A DNA stretch of 64,000 bases from Squalus acanthias (taxonomy: Eukaryota), in contig JASTWF010000035.1 in the NCBI GenBank assembly GCA_030390025.1, positions 434,001 through 498,000 on the forward strand. The letters are read 5' to 3'. The notes under the pieces are model-generated. The model was not told the origin of the DNA. It saw only the letters and a list, made by a program, of their open reading frames with translations, and made no database searches. This document shows, one piece after another, positions 22,701 through 34,572 of this stretch (position 1 is the stretch's first letter; each line of letters opens with the position of its first letter). The position numbers were made by a program, and so were the translations under genes.

Positions 22701-25590
22701 GTCCCACTCCCGCCCTGTTCCCAGTCTGATCCTGGACTCTCAGTCCCACTCCCGCCCTGTTCCCAGTCTGATCCTGGACTCTCAGTCCCACTCCCGCCCT
22801 GTTCCCAGTCTGATCCAGGACTCTCAGTCCCACTCCCGCTCTGTTCCCAGTCTGATCCTGGACTCTCAGTCCCACTCCGCCCTGTTCCCAGTCTGATCCT
22901 GGACTCTCAGTCCCACTCCGCCCTGTTCCCAGTCTGATCCTGGACTCTCAGTCCCACTCCGCCCTATTCCCAGTCTGATCCTGGACTCTCAGTCCCACTC
23001 CCGCCCTGTTCCCAGTCTGATCCTGGACTCTCAGTCCCACTCCCGCTCTGTTCCCAGTCTGATCCTGGACTCTCAGTCCCACTCCCGCCCTGTTCCCAGT
23101 CTGATCCTGGACTCTCAGTCCCACTCCGCCCTGTTCCCAGTCTGATCCTGGACTCTCAGTCCCACTCCCGCCCTGTTCCCAGTCTGATCCTGGACTCTCA
23201 GTCCCACTCCGCCCTGTTCCCAGTCTGATCCTGGACTCTCAGTCCCACTCCGCCCTGTTCCCAGTCTGATCCTGGACTCTCAGTCCCACTCCCGTCCTGT
23301 TCCCAGTCTGATCCAGGACTCGGTCCCACTCCCGCTCTGTTCCCAGTCTGATCCTGGACTCTCAGTCCCACTCCCGCCCTGTTCCCAGTCTGATCCTGGA
23401 CTCTCAGTCCCACTCCCGCCCTGTTCCAAGTCTGATCCTGGACTCTCAGTCCCACTCCCGCTCTGTTCCCAGTCTGATCCTGGACTCTCAGTCCCACTCC
23501 GCCCTGTTCCCAGTCTGATCCTGGACTCTCAGTCCCACTCCCGCCCTGTTCCCAGTCTGATCCTGGACTCTCAGTCCCACTCCCGCCCTGTTCCCAGTCT
23601 GATCCAGGACTCTCAGTCCCACTCCCGCTCTGTTCCCAGTCTGATCCTGGACTCTCAGTCCCACTCCGCCCTGTTCCCAGTCTGATCCTGGACTCTCAGT
23701 CCCACTCCGCCCTGTTCCCAGTCTGATCCTGGACTCTCAGTCCCACTCCGCCCTATTCCCAGTCTGATCCTGGACTCTCAGTCCCACTCCCGCTCTGTTC
23801 CCAGTCTGATCCAGGACTCGGTCCCACTCCCGTCCTGTTCCCAGTCTGATCCTGGACTCTCAGTCCCACTCCCGTCCTGTTCCCAGTCTGATCCAGGACT
23901 CGGTCCCACTCCCGCCCTGTTCCCAGTCTGATCCTGGACTCTCAGTCCCACTCCCGCTCTGTTCCCAGTCTGATCCAGGACTCGGTCCCACTCCCGTCAT
24001 GTTCCCAGTCTGATCCTGGACTCTCATTCCCACTCCCGTCCTGTTCCCAGTCTGATCCAGGACTCGGTCCCACTCCCGCTCTGTTCCCAGTCTGATCCAG
24101 GACTCGGTCCCACTCCCGTCCTGTTCCCAGTCTGATCCTGGACTCTCAGTCCCACTCCCGCCCTGTTCCCAGTCTGATCCTGGACTCTCAGTCCCACTCC
24201 GCCCTGTTCCCAGTCTGATCCTGGACTCTCAGTCCCACTCCGCCCTGTTCCCAGTCTGATCCTGGACTCGGTCCCACTCCCGCCCTGTTCCCAGTCTGAT
24301 CCTGGACTCTCAGTCCCACTCCCGCCCTGTTCCCAGTCTGATCCTGGACTCTCAGTCCCACTCCCGCCCTGTTCCCAGTCTGATCCTGGACTCTCAGTCC
24401 CACTCCCGCCCTGTTCCCAGTCTGATCCTGGACTCTCAGTCCCACTCCCGTCCTGTTCCCAGTCTGATCCTGGACTCTCAGTCCCACTCCCGCCCTGTTC
24501 CCAGTCTGATCCTGGAGTCTCAGTCCCACTCCGCTCTGTTCCCAGTCTGATCCTGGACTCTCAGTCCCACTCCCGCCCTGTTCCCAGTCTGATCCTGGAC
24601 TTTCAGTCCCACTCCCGCCCTGTTCCCAGTCTGATCCTGGACTCTCAGTCCCACTCCCGCTCTGTTCCCAGTCTGATCCTGGACTCTCAGTCCCACTCCC
24701 GCCCTGTTCCCAGTCTGATCCTGGACTCTCAGTCCCACTCCCGCTCTGTTCCCAGTCTGATCCTGGACTCTCAGTCCCACTCACACCCTGTTCCCAGTCT
24801 GATCCTGGACTCTCATTCCCACTCCCGCCCTGTTCCCAGTCTGATCCTGGACTCTCAGTCCCACTCCCGCCCTGTTCCAAGTCTGATCCTGGACTCTCAG
24901 TCCCACTCCCGTCCTGTTCCCAGTCTGATCCTGGACTCTCAGTCCCACTCCCGCCCTGTTCCCAGTCTGATCCTGGACTCTCAGTCCCACTCCGCCCTGT
25001 TCCCAGTCTGATCCTGGACTCTCAGTCCCACTCCGCCCTGTTCCCAGTCTGATCCTGGACTCTCAGTCCCACTCCGTCCTGTTCCCAGTCTGATCCTGGA
25101 CTCTCAGTCCCACTCCGCCCTGTTCCCAGTCTGATCCTGGACTCGGTCCCACTCCCGCCCTGTTCCCAGTCTGATCCTGGACTCTCAGTCCCACTCCCGC
25201 CCTGTTCCCAGTCTGATCCTGGAATCTCAGTCCCACTCCCGCCCTGTTCCCAGTCTGATCCTGGACTCTCAGTCCCACTCCCGCTCTGTTCCCAGTCTGA
25301 TCCTGGACTCTCAGTCCCACTCCGCCCTGTTCCCAGTCTGATCCTGGACTCTCAGTCCCACTCCGCCCTGTTCCCAGTCTGATCCTGGACTCTCAGTCCC
25401 ACTCCCGCCCTGTTCCCAGTCTGATCCAGGACTCGGTCCTACTCCCGCCCTGTTCCCAGTCTGATCCTGGACTCTCAGTCCCATTCCCGCCCTGTTCCCA
25501 GTCTGATCCAGGACTCGGTCCTACTCCCGCCCTGTTCCCAGTCTGATCCTGGACTCTCAGTCCCACTCCGCCCTGTTCCCAGTCTGATCC
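13799..25590. repeat. 42-bp minisatellite, array 2 (about 11.8 kb)
   Basis: Same unit as array 1, with recurring blocks of variant units. Confidence 0.98.
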
Positions 25591-27681
25591 CAGCGAAAAT
25601 GTGAAGTTATCCACTTTGGTAGGAAGAATAAGAAAGCAAAATATTATTTAAATGGAGAGAGACTACAGAATGCTGCGGTACAGAGGGATCTGGGTGTCCT
25701 CGTACATGAAATACACAAAGTTAGCATGCAGGTACAGCAAGTAATTAGGAAGGCAAATGGAATGTTGGCCTTTATTGCAAGGGGGATGGAGTATAAAAGT
25801 AGGGAAGTCTTGCTACAACTGTACAGGGCGTTGGTTAGACCACACCTGGAGTACTGCGTACAGTTTTGGACTCCTTATTTAAGGAGGGATATACTTGGAG
25901 GCAGTTCAGAGAAGGTTCACGAGGTTGATTCCGGAGATGAAAGGGTTGTCTTATGAGGAAAGGTTGAGCAGGTTGGGCCTGTACTCATTGGAATTTAGAA
26001 GAATGAGAGGTGATCTTATTGAAACATATAAGAATCTGAGGGGCCTCGACAAGGTAGATGCTGAGAGGATGTTTCCCCTCGAGGGGGAATCTAGAACTAG
26101 GGGGCATAGTTTCAGAATAAGGGATCGCCCATTTAAAATGGAAATGAAGAGGAATTTCTTCTCTCAGTGGGTCGTGAATCTTTGGAATTCTCTTCCCCAG
26201 AGAGCTGTGGAGGCGGAGTCATTGAATATATTCAAGGCTATAGGGGGTGGTAGTGGGGTCAGCCTTCAACTCTGACTCTGAGTGGTTCGAATCGCTCCCA
26301 CGCCCCTGGTTCCTAGACTTTGGACTTATTCAGGGGTTGTGAATAAAGATGCAGTTGACAACAGGTTCTAATGAAAGAATTTTGACTTTATTAAAAGAAA
26401 ACGGTAACAAACTTTAAACACACTTAATACTTAAACACAGGTTGGGGAACACACGGTACAGCCGAGGGAGAAGGACAATATACAAAAAAAACCTTATCCC
26501 TCCCAAAAATCCCACTATCTAGCTAGGTTTTGGTTTCAGGAGATCAGGGATAATGCTCACCAAACAAATCCTTGACAGTTGAGAGTTAGGGTTTAGAGTC
26601 TTTTGAGTAAAAAGTTTCATAAGGCCCTTGTTGCCGCGAGGTGTCCGATGGTCACTGAGGCAGTCGCTCTGGTTTCTTCTTGTGTGTTGGTCTGTTTGTG
26701 AAGTTGTTGGCCTTCTTTCCTCCTCCTCCTCGTGGCTTGTGGTGTCTTTGCTGGAGCAGAGCTGAGAGAGAGCTGTGCGAGTGTTGAGAGCATTGTCAGA
26801 GAGTCCAGAGAGAGAGAGTCTTGGGGGTGTAGGCCCCCAATTATACTTGTTCAGCCCCTTTGTCCTTTTCGCGCCCAAAACCCCTTACTAAATCGGTTTC
26901 CTTTAGATTTCAAATGAGCCCCGTTTATTCCATTGTCTTAGTTTTGGTGGGCTTGTTAGTTTCGATGGCTTTAACTTGGTGTTAAACATGTCCTGATAGC
27001 TTCCGATTTCGGCAAGGCCTTTATCTGCGCGCCAAATCTTGTCCCTATTGTCCTAGGTTTTTGGCGGGCTTTTAAATCTGTCCTGTGGATACCTGGTTGA
27101 TTAGTTTTTGGTGAAGTAAATCGGGGTACTAAATGTTTTATTGATTTCAGGCTTCTGGTATCCTGTTTGGGCCTGGGAATTTCAAAAGAGGTCTTGGATT
27201 ATACATATTTCGATGTGTGTGTGTGGCTTTTGGGTTTGTCTCTTCCTCCTTGGTGGGAAGGCAGTGTAAACAAATTCCCCATACAGCTTGATTGGGCCCC
27301 AATACCCAAACCTGGCCACTGCCTGGCCACGCCCCTCCGCAGCCTGTCTGTGTCTGTGAAAGGTGTCTTTCCCAACAGTAAGATTCAAAAAGTCATTTTC
27401 CTCAGGGCTTTTCTTCCCTGATCTTTAAAAATGTCCAAAACTGAGGTTTTTACCTCAAATCACTTCACTTAGGGTTCTGTTCGAGTTTCTGGGGGATTTT
27501 GCAAAGCCTACAAGGCGGAGATAAATAGATTTTTGAAAAACAGGGGTGTCAAGGGTTATGGGGAATGGGCAGGAAAGTGGAGTTGAGGCCAAAATCGGAT
27601 CAGCCATGATCTTATTGAATGACGGAGCAGGCTCGAGGGGCCGAATGGCCGACTCCTGCTCCTATTTCTTATGCTCTTATG
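25591..27681 (+). mobile_element. 5'-truncated CR1 LINE 3' end, split by a solo LTR (pieces 25591-26238 and 27513-27681)
   Basis: LYRALVRPHLEYCVQFW and WNSLPQ motifs; resumes after the AGGC TSD and ends in a TTCTTATG-type tail. Confidence 0.92.
26239..27512 (-). mobile_element. Solo LTR (1274 bp), related to the other long LTRs in the window
   Basis: TATAGG (likely mutated TGTAGG)...CCTACA termini, 4-bp TSD AGGC (26235-26238 and 27513-27516), shared GGTGAGCAT and U5 hairpin motifs. Confidence 0.88.
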
Positions 27682-27752
27682 AATCGAAGGGACTTTGTGC
27701 TGGGTAATTGCTCTGGATCTGGATTAACGCAGCCGAGTGTCTTCTCTCTCAG

Positions 27753-27842
27753 GTTTGAAGCCGGCAATCACCTCTGAGGGTTTGGAACTGTCCTTTGCCA
27801 CCAACCACCTGGGCCCATTCCTCCTGACAAGCCTGCTGCTGG
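27753..27842 (+). CDS. Internal exon B of the RDH-like SDR
   Basis: Polypyrimidine tract plus ag acceptor, G|gtgagt donor; encodes GLKPAITSEGLELSFATNHLGPFLLTSLLL (NHLG motif). Phase 1/1 fits its neighbours. Not shown in the ORF track. Confidence 0.93.
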
Positions 27843-27874
27843 GTGAGTGATTCTCTCCGCATTGATGATAATAC

Positions 27875-28215
27875 AGGTCAATAAGGCCATAAAAAGCAAA
27901 CCAAGCATTGGGTTCATTTCTAGAGGGATAGAAATGGAAAGCAGAGAAGTTATGCTGAACTTGTATGGAACCTTGGTTAGGTCACACTTGGAGCACTGTG
28001 CACAGTTCTGGTCGCCGTATTATAAAGGATATAGAGGCACTGGAGAAGGTGCAAAAAAGATTGACAAGAATTAGACCAGAACTGAGAGATTATAGCTATC
28101 AGGAAAGATTGAACAGGCTGGGGCTCTTTTCTCGAGATTATGAACGGGTTTGATAGGGTAGATATAGAGAAGATGTTTCCACTTGCGGGGGAGACCAGAA
28201 CTAGGGCCCATCAAT
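27875..28215 (+). mobile_element. Degraded CR1 ORF2 3' fragment
   Basis: LVRSHLEHCAQFWSP and ALEKVQKRLTR remnants in shifting frames. Confidence 0.75.
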
Positions 28216-28217
28216 AT

Positions 28218-28929
28218 ATTTTTTTATTCGTTTATGGGATGTGGACGTCACTGGCAAGGCCAGCATTTATTGCCCATCCCTAATTGCCCTTGAGAAGGTG
28301 GTGGTGAGCCGCCTTCTTGAACCACTGCAGTCCGTGTGGTGAAGGTACTCCCACAGTGCTGTTAGGGAGGGAATTCCAGGATTTTGACCCAGCGACGATG
28401 AAGGATCGGCGATGTACTTCTCAGTCAGGATGGTGTGTGACTTGTAGAGGAACTTGGAGGTGGTGGTGTTCCCATGCGCCTGCTGCCCTTGTCCTTCTAG
28501 GTGGAAGAGGTCACGGGTTTGGGAGGTGCTGCCGAAGGAGCCTTAGCGAGTTGCTGCAGTGCATCTTGTAGATGGTACACACTGCAGCCATGGTACGCCG
28601 GTGGTGGAGGGAGTGAATATTTAAGGCGGTGGATGGGGTGCCAATCAAGCAGGCTGCTTTGTCCTGGATGGTGTCGCGCTTCTTGAGTGTTGTTGGAGCT
28701 GCACTCATCCAGGCAAGTGGAGAGTATTCCATCACACTCCTTACTTGTGCCTTGTAGATGGTGGAAAGGCTTTGGGGAGTCAGGAGGTGAGACTCTCGCT
28801 GCAGAATACCCAGCCTCTGACCTGCTCTTGTTGCCACAGTATTTATGTGGCTGGTCCAGTTAAGTTTCTGGTCAATGGTAACCCCCAGGATGTTGATGGT
28901 GGGGGATTCGGCGATGGTAATGACATTGA
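28218..28929 (-). mobile_element. CR1/L2-superfamily LINE 3' part; continues at 35227-35625
   Basis: IYKAQVRSVMEYSPLAW here and GVTQGSVLGPTIFSCFINDL at 35435-35620; the sequence rejoins across a TGA duplication. Confidence 0.8.
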
Positions 28930-29130
28930 GGGCTGGATTTTGTCAATGGGGACGTGATGGAGGCGGGACTCCCACTTTTTGGGTTGTAGTCCCACCTCCA
29001 TTGATTTGTGGCCAACCCACACTACTAATGTCTCTAAATGTCTCTTTATCTCCCCTTTTGTTCCTTTATCCCCTCCCCCTTTTCCCAGCTTTATCCTGGC
29101 CTTAAATCTATTTGATTTCCGGCTCTTTCC

Positions 29131-29167
29131 AGTTCTGACGAAAGGTCATTGACCTGAAACGTTAACT
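29131..29167 (+). ncRNA. Minimal hammerhead ribozyme motif in a Penelope-like terminal repeat fragment (about 29030-29235)
   Basis: AGTT-CTGACGA-(a)AGGTC att GACCT-GAAAC-GTT-AACT: catalytic core, stem II, palindromic stem III, 4-bp stem I. Confidence 0.7.
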
Positions 29168-29417
29168 CTCTTTCTCTCTCCACGGATGTTGTCTGGCCTG
29201 CTGAGTTTTTCCAGCGTTTTCTGTTGTTATTTGCACACTACTTTCCCTTGATTGACCTTGTTAAGCCCGCCCAGCGGGCTCAGCAGGCCAATTAAGGGAC
29301 ACCTGGATACTGGTGACGTCAGCGATTGACATTTCATCTGTCAAACACTGACAATCTGTCTTCTAACTTGAGTCTGAGCTCAGAGCGGCGGCGGGACTCA
29401 AAAGAGGCGGCAGAGAC

Positions 29418-29660
29418 CAGGTAGGCCTCAGAGCGGCGGCGGACCTGCGGGGAACGAGGCGGTGGCAGGGAGACTCAGGTGGGCCTCAGAGCGGCGGCAG
29501 ACCTGCGGGGAACGAGGCGGCGGCGGCGAGACTCAGGTAGGCCTCAGAGCGGCGGCAGACCTGCGGGGAACGAGGCGGCGGTGGCGAGACTCAGGTAGGC
29601 CTCAGAGCGGCGGCAGACCTGCGGGGAACGAGGCGGCGGTGGCGAGACTCAGGTAGGCCT
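29418..29660. repeat. 58-bp tandem repeat (about 4.2 copies) in the CR1 5' UTR
   Basis: CAGGT(A/G)GGCCTC recurs at 29418, 29476, 29534, 29592 and 29650. Confidence 0.9.
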
Positions 29661-29919
29661 CACCAATCTCCGAGCTCAGAGGGAGGGAGAGAAGTAAAAA
29701 GTAATCAAAGTGTGACGTCACCAGAAAGCAGGTAAGTGATTGGTTGGTGAGTATTTCTCTCTTTTTAAACTTAAACTCTGTGGTTTATAGTTTCTAAGCT
29801 CTCTGTGGTTTAGCGGGGACTGTTGGTAAACCAGGGCCCTTAAGTATATCATTTAACTGTAGTGTAATTGGTGGGATTGATTTGATTTAATTTAATTTGA
29901 ATTAATTAAAGTGTAAGTC

Positions 29920-30765
29920 ATGGCAGGAGAGCTCGGCCCCGTGGTATGCTCCTCCTGCGCTATGTGGGAACTCAGGGACACTTCCTGTGCCCCTGACAAC
30001 CATGTGTGCAGGAAGTGTATCCAGCTACAGCTACTGGCAGACCGCACTGCGGCGCTGGAGCTGCGATTGGATACATACTGGAGCATTCACGATGCTGAGG
30101 ACGTCGTGAATATCATGTTTGAGCCGTTGGTCACACCGCAGGCAAAGGATGCACAGGCAGAAAGGGAATGGGTGACCAACAGACAGAGTAGTAGGCGCAG
30201 GCAGGTAGTGCAGGAGTCCCCTGTGGACATCCCCCTCTCAAACAGATATACCACTTTGAATACTGTTGGGGGGGATGGCTTATCAGAGGAAGGCAGCAGC
30301 AGCCAACTTCCTGGCACCAGGGGTGGCTCTGCTGCACAGGACAGGAGGAAAAAGAGGGGTAGAGCTATAGTGATAGGGGATTCTATTGTAAGGGGAATAG
30401 ATAGGCGTTTCTGCGGCCGCAAACGAGACTCCAGGATGGTGTGTTGCCTCCCTGGTGCAAGGGTCAAGGATGTCTCAGAGCGGCTGCAGAACATTTTGGA
30501 AGGGGAGCGTGAACAGCCAGTTGTCGTGGTGCATATAGGTACCAACGATATAGGTAAAAAACGGGATGAGGTCCTAAAAGCTGAATATAGAGAGTTAGGA
30601 GGTAAATTAAAAAATAGGACCTCAAAGGTAGTAATCTCCGGATTGCTACCAGTGCCACGTGCTAGTCAGAGTAGAAATAGAAGGATATTTCCGATGAATA
30701 CGTGGCTAGAGGAATGGTGCAAGGGGGAGGGATTCAAATTCCTGGGATATTGGAACCGGTTCTAG
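29920..30765 (+). CDS. CR1 ORF1p: CxxC...CxxC zinc finger, coiled coil, SGNH esterase; premature stop
   Basis: CSSC...CRKC, IGDSIVR, HIGTND; the DGLH motif lies in frame just beyond the TAG at 30763-30765. Confidence 0.88.
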   Translation: MAGELGPVVCSSCAMWELRDTSCAPDNHVCRKCIQLQLLADRTAALELRLDTYWSIHDAEDVVNIMFEPLVTPQAKDAQAEREWVTNRQSSRRRQVVQESPVDIPLSNRYTTLNTVGGDGLSEEGSSSQLPGTRGGSAAQDRRKKRGRAIVIGDSIVRGIDRRFCGRKRDSRMVCCLPGARVKDVSERLQNILEGEREQPVVVVHIGTNDIGKKRDEVLKAEYRELGGKLKNRTSKVVISGLLPVPRASQSRNRRIFPMNTWLEEWCKGEGFKFLGYWNRF

Positions 30766-30986
30766 GGGAGGTGGGACCAGTACAAACTGGACGGTCTTCA
30801 CCTGGGGGGAGTGTTTGCTAGTGCTCTGGGGGAGGGTTTAAACTAAAGTGGCAGGGGGTTGGGAACCTGAGCAGGGAGACAGAGGAAAGGGAAACAAGGA
30901 TAAAAGCAAAAGATAGGAAGAAGAAAAACAAAAGTGGCAGTCAGAGAAATCAACGGTTTAAATCAAACATGGCCACAGTAAATAAT

Positions 30987-31725
30987 GGCCCAAAAATTAG
31001 TGCCTCTACGCGAGAGTACGCACTGTGTACTCTCGCGTATTCTGTCTCCAATTGCCGGTTTTCTGCATGCACTGCGCATGCGCTGAAAACCGGCACTTGG
31101 TGATTTCAAAAGGGGGCGGTTCCTAAGTGAACCGTGTGCGCGCTACAGGCTGCGCGCACGCAGTGCACTTAGTGCTTTGAACGCGCAGGTAAGCATGGAA
31201 GATTTTGCACATAAAGAAAGGAGGCGTAAGACCCTCTTTTAACAAGGTAAGTAGTTAATTAAGTATTATTTTGGATTTTTTTCAAAAGGTATATCTTTTT
31301 TAGAGACTTTAAAGAAAGGTAAGTTTATTTTTATAAATTTTTAAAAGATTTTAAATTTTTTCAAAAATTTAATTTTTTGTTTAAAGTGGTTAATTTTTTA
31401 ACTATACTTATTTTATTAATGTGATGGTTTTTTTTAAATTTAATTGAGGTTTAGCTGTTCTTTTGGGGGGTATAGAGTCATAGCTTTCACAGCACTTATG
31501 TGAAAACTATGAATGAAAGATGGTGTGCTGCCATTGGCTCTAACGGAATCACGTGATCCCACAGCTCGCACGAATTAACTGCGCCTGTGGGATACGCAAG
31601 CACTGCCCAGCTGCTGTCTAGAAAATCAAGTTCGTGCGAGCTGGGAATGAAAAAGCCGGCGCGCAGTGAGATATCGCGGGGAAGCCTTACCCCCGCACGA
31701 AAGCTCCCTCACTAATTTTTGGGCC
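30987..31725. mobile_element. MITE (739 bp) inserted between CR1 ORF1 and ORF2
   Basis: Perfect 16-bp TIR GGCCCAAAAATTAGTG; AAT (extendable to AATAAT) direct repeat on both sides. Confidence 0.88.
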
Positions 31726-31759
31726 AATAATTCTAATAGGTCTAAGAGCATTAAAAAAA

Positions 31760-34572
31760 CAAGCCTGAAGGCTTTGTGTCTTAATGCGAGGAGCATTCAT
31801 AATAAGGTGGATGAAGTAGCTGCGCAAATAGAGGTAAACGAATATGATTTGATTGGGATTACGGAAACATGGCTCCAGGGTGGCCAAGGCTGGGAATTCA
31901 ACATCCAGGGTTATTCAATATTCAGTAAAGATAGGCAAAAAGGAAAGGGAGGTGGCATAGCATTGCTGGTTAAAGAGGGGATTAACACAATTGTAAGGAA
32001 GGATATTAGCTCTGATGCTGCAGAATCTGTATGGGTAGAACTGAGAAATACCAAGGGGCAGAAAATGTTAGTGGGAGTGGTATATAGACCGCCAAACAGT
32101 AATGCGGAGGTTGGGGATGGCATTAAAAGGGGAATTAGAGAAGCGTGCAATAATGGCACAGCAGTCATCATGGGTGACTTTGATCTACATATAGATTGGG
32201 CTAACCAAATTAGTAACAATACTGTGGAGGAGGAATTCCTGGAGTGTTTACGGGATGGTTTCCTGGACCAATATGTCGAGGAACCAACCAGAGAGCAGGC
32301 CATCTTAGACTGGGTATTATGTAATGAGAAAGGATTAATTAGCAATCTTGTTGTGCGAGGCCCCTTGGGTCGGAGCGATCATAATATGATAGAATTCTTC
32401 ATTAAGATGGAGAGTGAAGTAGTTGACTCAGAGACTAGGGTCCTGAATTTAAATAAAGGAAACTACGATGGTATGAGGCGCGAGTTGGGTAGGATTGATT
32501 GGGGAATGTCACTCAAAGGGTTGACGGTGGATAGGCAATGGCAAACATTCAAAGACCGCATGGATGAACTACAGAATTTGTTCATCCCAGTTTGGCATAA
32601 GAATAAAACAAAAAAGGTGACTCAACCGTGGCTAACAAGGGAAATTAGGGATAGTATAAGATCCAAGGAGAGGACATATAAATTGGCCAGAAAAAGCAGT
32701 AAACCTGAGGATTGGGAGCAGTTTAGGATTCAACAAAGGAGGACAAAGGGATTAATTAAGAAGGGGAAAATAGAATACGAGAGGAAGCTTTCAGGGAACA
32801 TAAAAACTGACTGTAAAAGCTTTTATAGATACGTGAAAAGAAAAAGATTGGTGAAGTCAAGCGTAGGTCCCTTGCAGTCAGAATCAGGGGAACTTATACT
32901 GGGGAACAAAGAAATGGCAGACCAATTAAATACATAATTTGGTTCTGTCTTCACAAAAGAGGACACAAATAACCTCCCAGAGATGTCGGGGAACATAGGG
33001 TCTGATGAAAGGGAGGAACTGAAAGAAATCAGTATTTGTAGGGAAATGGTGTTAGGGAAATTGGCGGGATTGAAGGCCGATAAATCCCTAGGGCCTGATA
33101 ATCTACATCCTAGGGTACTTAAGGAAGTGGCCCTAGAAATAGTAGATGCATTGCTGATCATCTTCCAACATTCGATGGAATCTGGAACAATACCCATGGA
33201 TTAGAGGGTAGCTAATGTTACCCCACTATTCAAAAAAGGTGGTAGAGAGAAAACGGGGAATTGCAGACTGGTAAGCCTGATATCGGTAGTGGGGAAAATG
33301 CTAGAGTCCATTATAAAAGATGTAATAGCAGAGCACTTGGAAAACAGTGACAGGATCGGACAAAGTCAACATGGATTTACAAAAGGTAAATCGTGCTTGA
33401 CTAATCTGCTGGAATTTTTTGAGGATGTAACTGGTAAAATAGATAAGGGAGAACCAGTGGATGTGGTGTATTTGGACTTTCAAAAGGCTTTCGATAAGGT
33501 CCCGCATAAGAGATTAGCGTGTAAAGTTAAGGCACATGGGATTGGGGGCAAGGTACTGACTTGGATAGAGAACTGGTTGGCAGACAGAAAGCAAAGAGTT
33601 GGAATAAACGGGTCTTTTTCCGAGTGGCAGGCAGTGACTAGTGGGGTACCGCAGGGATCGGTCCTTGGACCCCAGCTATTCACAATATATATTAATGATC
33701 TAGACAAGGGAACTAGATGTAATATCTCCAAGTTTGCAGATGACACAAAGCTGGGTGGGCGTGTGTACTGTGAGGAGGATGCTGAGAAACTCCAGGATGA
33801 TTTGGACAGGTTGGGTGATTGGGCAGAAGCATGGCAGATGCATGAAAATGTGGATAAATGCCAGGTTATCCACTTTGGTGTCAAAAACAGGAAGGCAGAT
33901 TATTATCTGAATGGCAATAGATTGGGAGAAGGGGAAGTGCAACAAGACCTGGGTGTCCTTGTGCACCAGTCGCTGAAGGTAAGCATGCAGGTGCAGCAGG
34001 CGGTTAAAAAGGGAAATGGTATGTTGGCCTTCGTAGCGAGAGGGTTTGAGTACGGGAACAAGGATGTCTTGCTGCAGTTGTACAGGGCCTTGGTGAGACC
34101 ACATCTTGAGTATTGTGTGCAGTTTTGGTCGCCTTATCTGAGGAAGGATGTTCTTGCCATGAAAGGAGTTCAGCGAAGATTCACCAGGCTGATACCTGGG
34201 ATGGCAGGAATGACGTATGAGGAGAGATTGGGTCAATTGGGCTTATACTCGCTGGAGTTTAGAAGAATGAGAGGGGATCTCATTAAAACTTATAAAATTC
34301 TGAAAGGACTGGACAGACTAGATGCAGGAAGGATGTTCCCGATGGTCGGGGAGTCCAGAACCAGGTGTCACAGTCTAAGGATAAGGGGTAAGCCATTTAG
34401 GACAGAAATGAGGAGGAATTTCTTCACCCAGAGAGTGGTGAACCTATGGAATTCTCTACCACAGAAGGCAGTGGAGGCCAATTCATTAAATATATTCAAG
34501 AAGGAGTTGGATATATTTCTTAAGGCTAAAGGGATCAAGGGATATGGGGAGAAAGCAGGGACAGGGTTCTGA
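31760..34572 (+). pseudogene. CR1 ORF2 (APE endonuclease plus RT) with in-frame stops near 32935 and 33202
   Basis: CLNARS, ITETW, SDHN, GVPQGSVLGP and FADD motifs across three same-frame ORF segments. Confidence 0.93.

Noticed and set aside
8365..25590. CRISPR-like array or repetitive protein ORFs (GLRVQDQTGNRAGV)
   Set aside because: Head-to-tail units with no unique spacers, no cas genes and a vertebrate context; the ORFs are translations of the satellite.
26280..26297. tRNA gene suggested by GGTTCGAATC
   Set aside because: No cloverleaf can be built around it; it is the antisense face of the LTR U5 hairpin.
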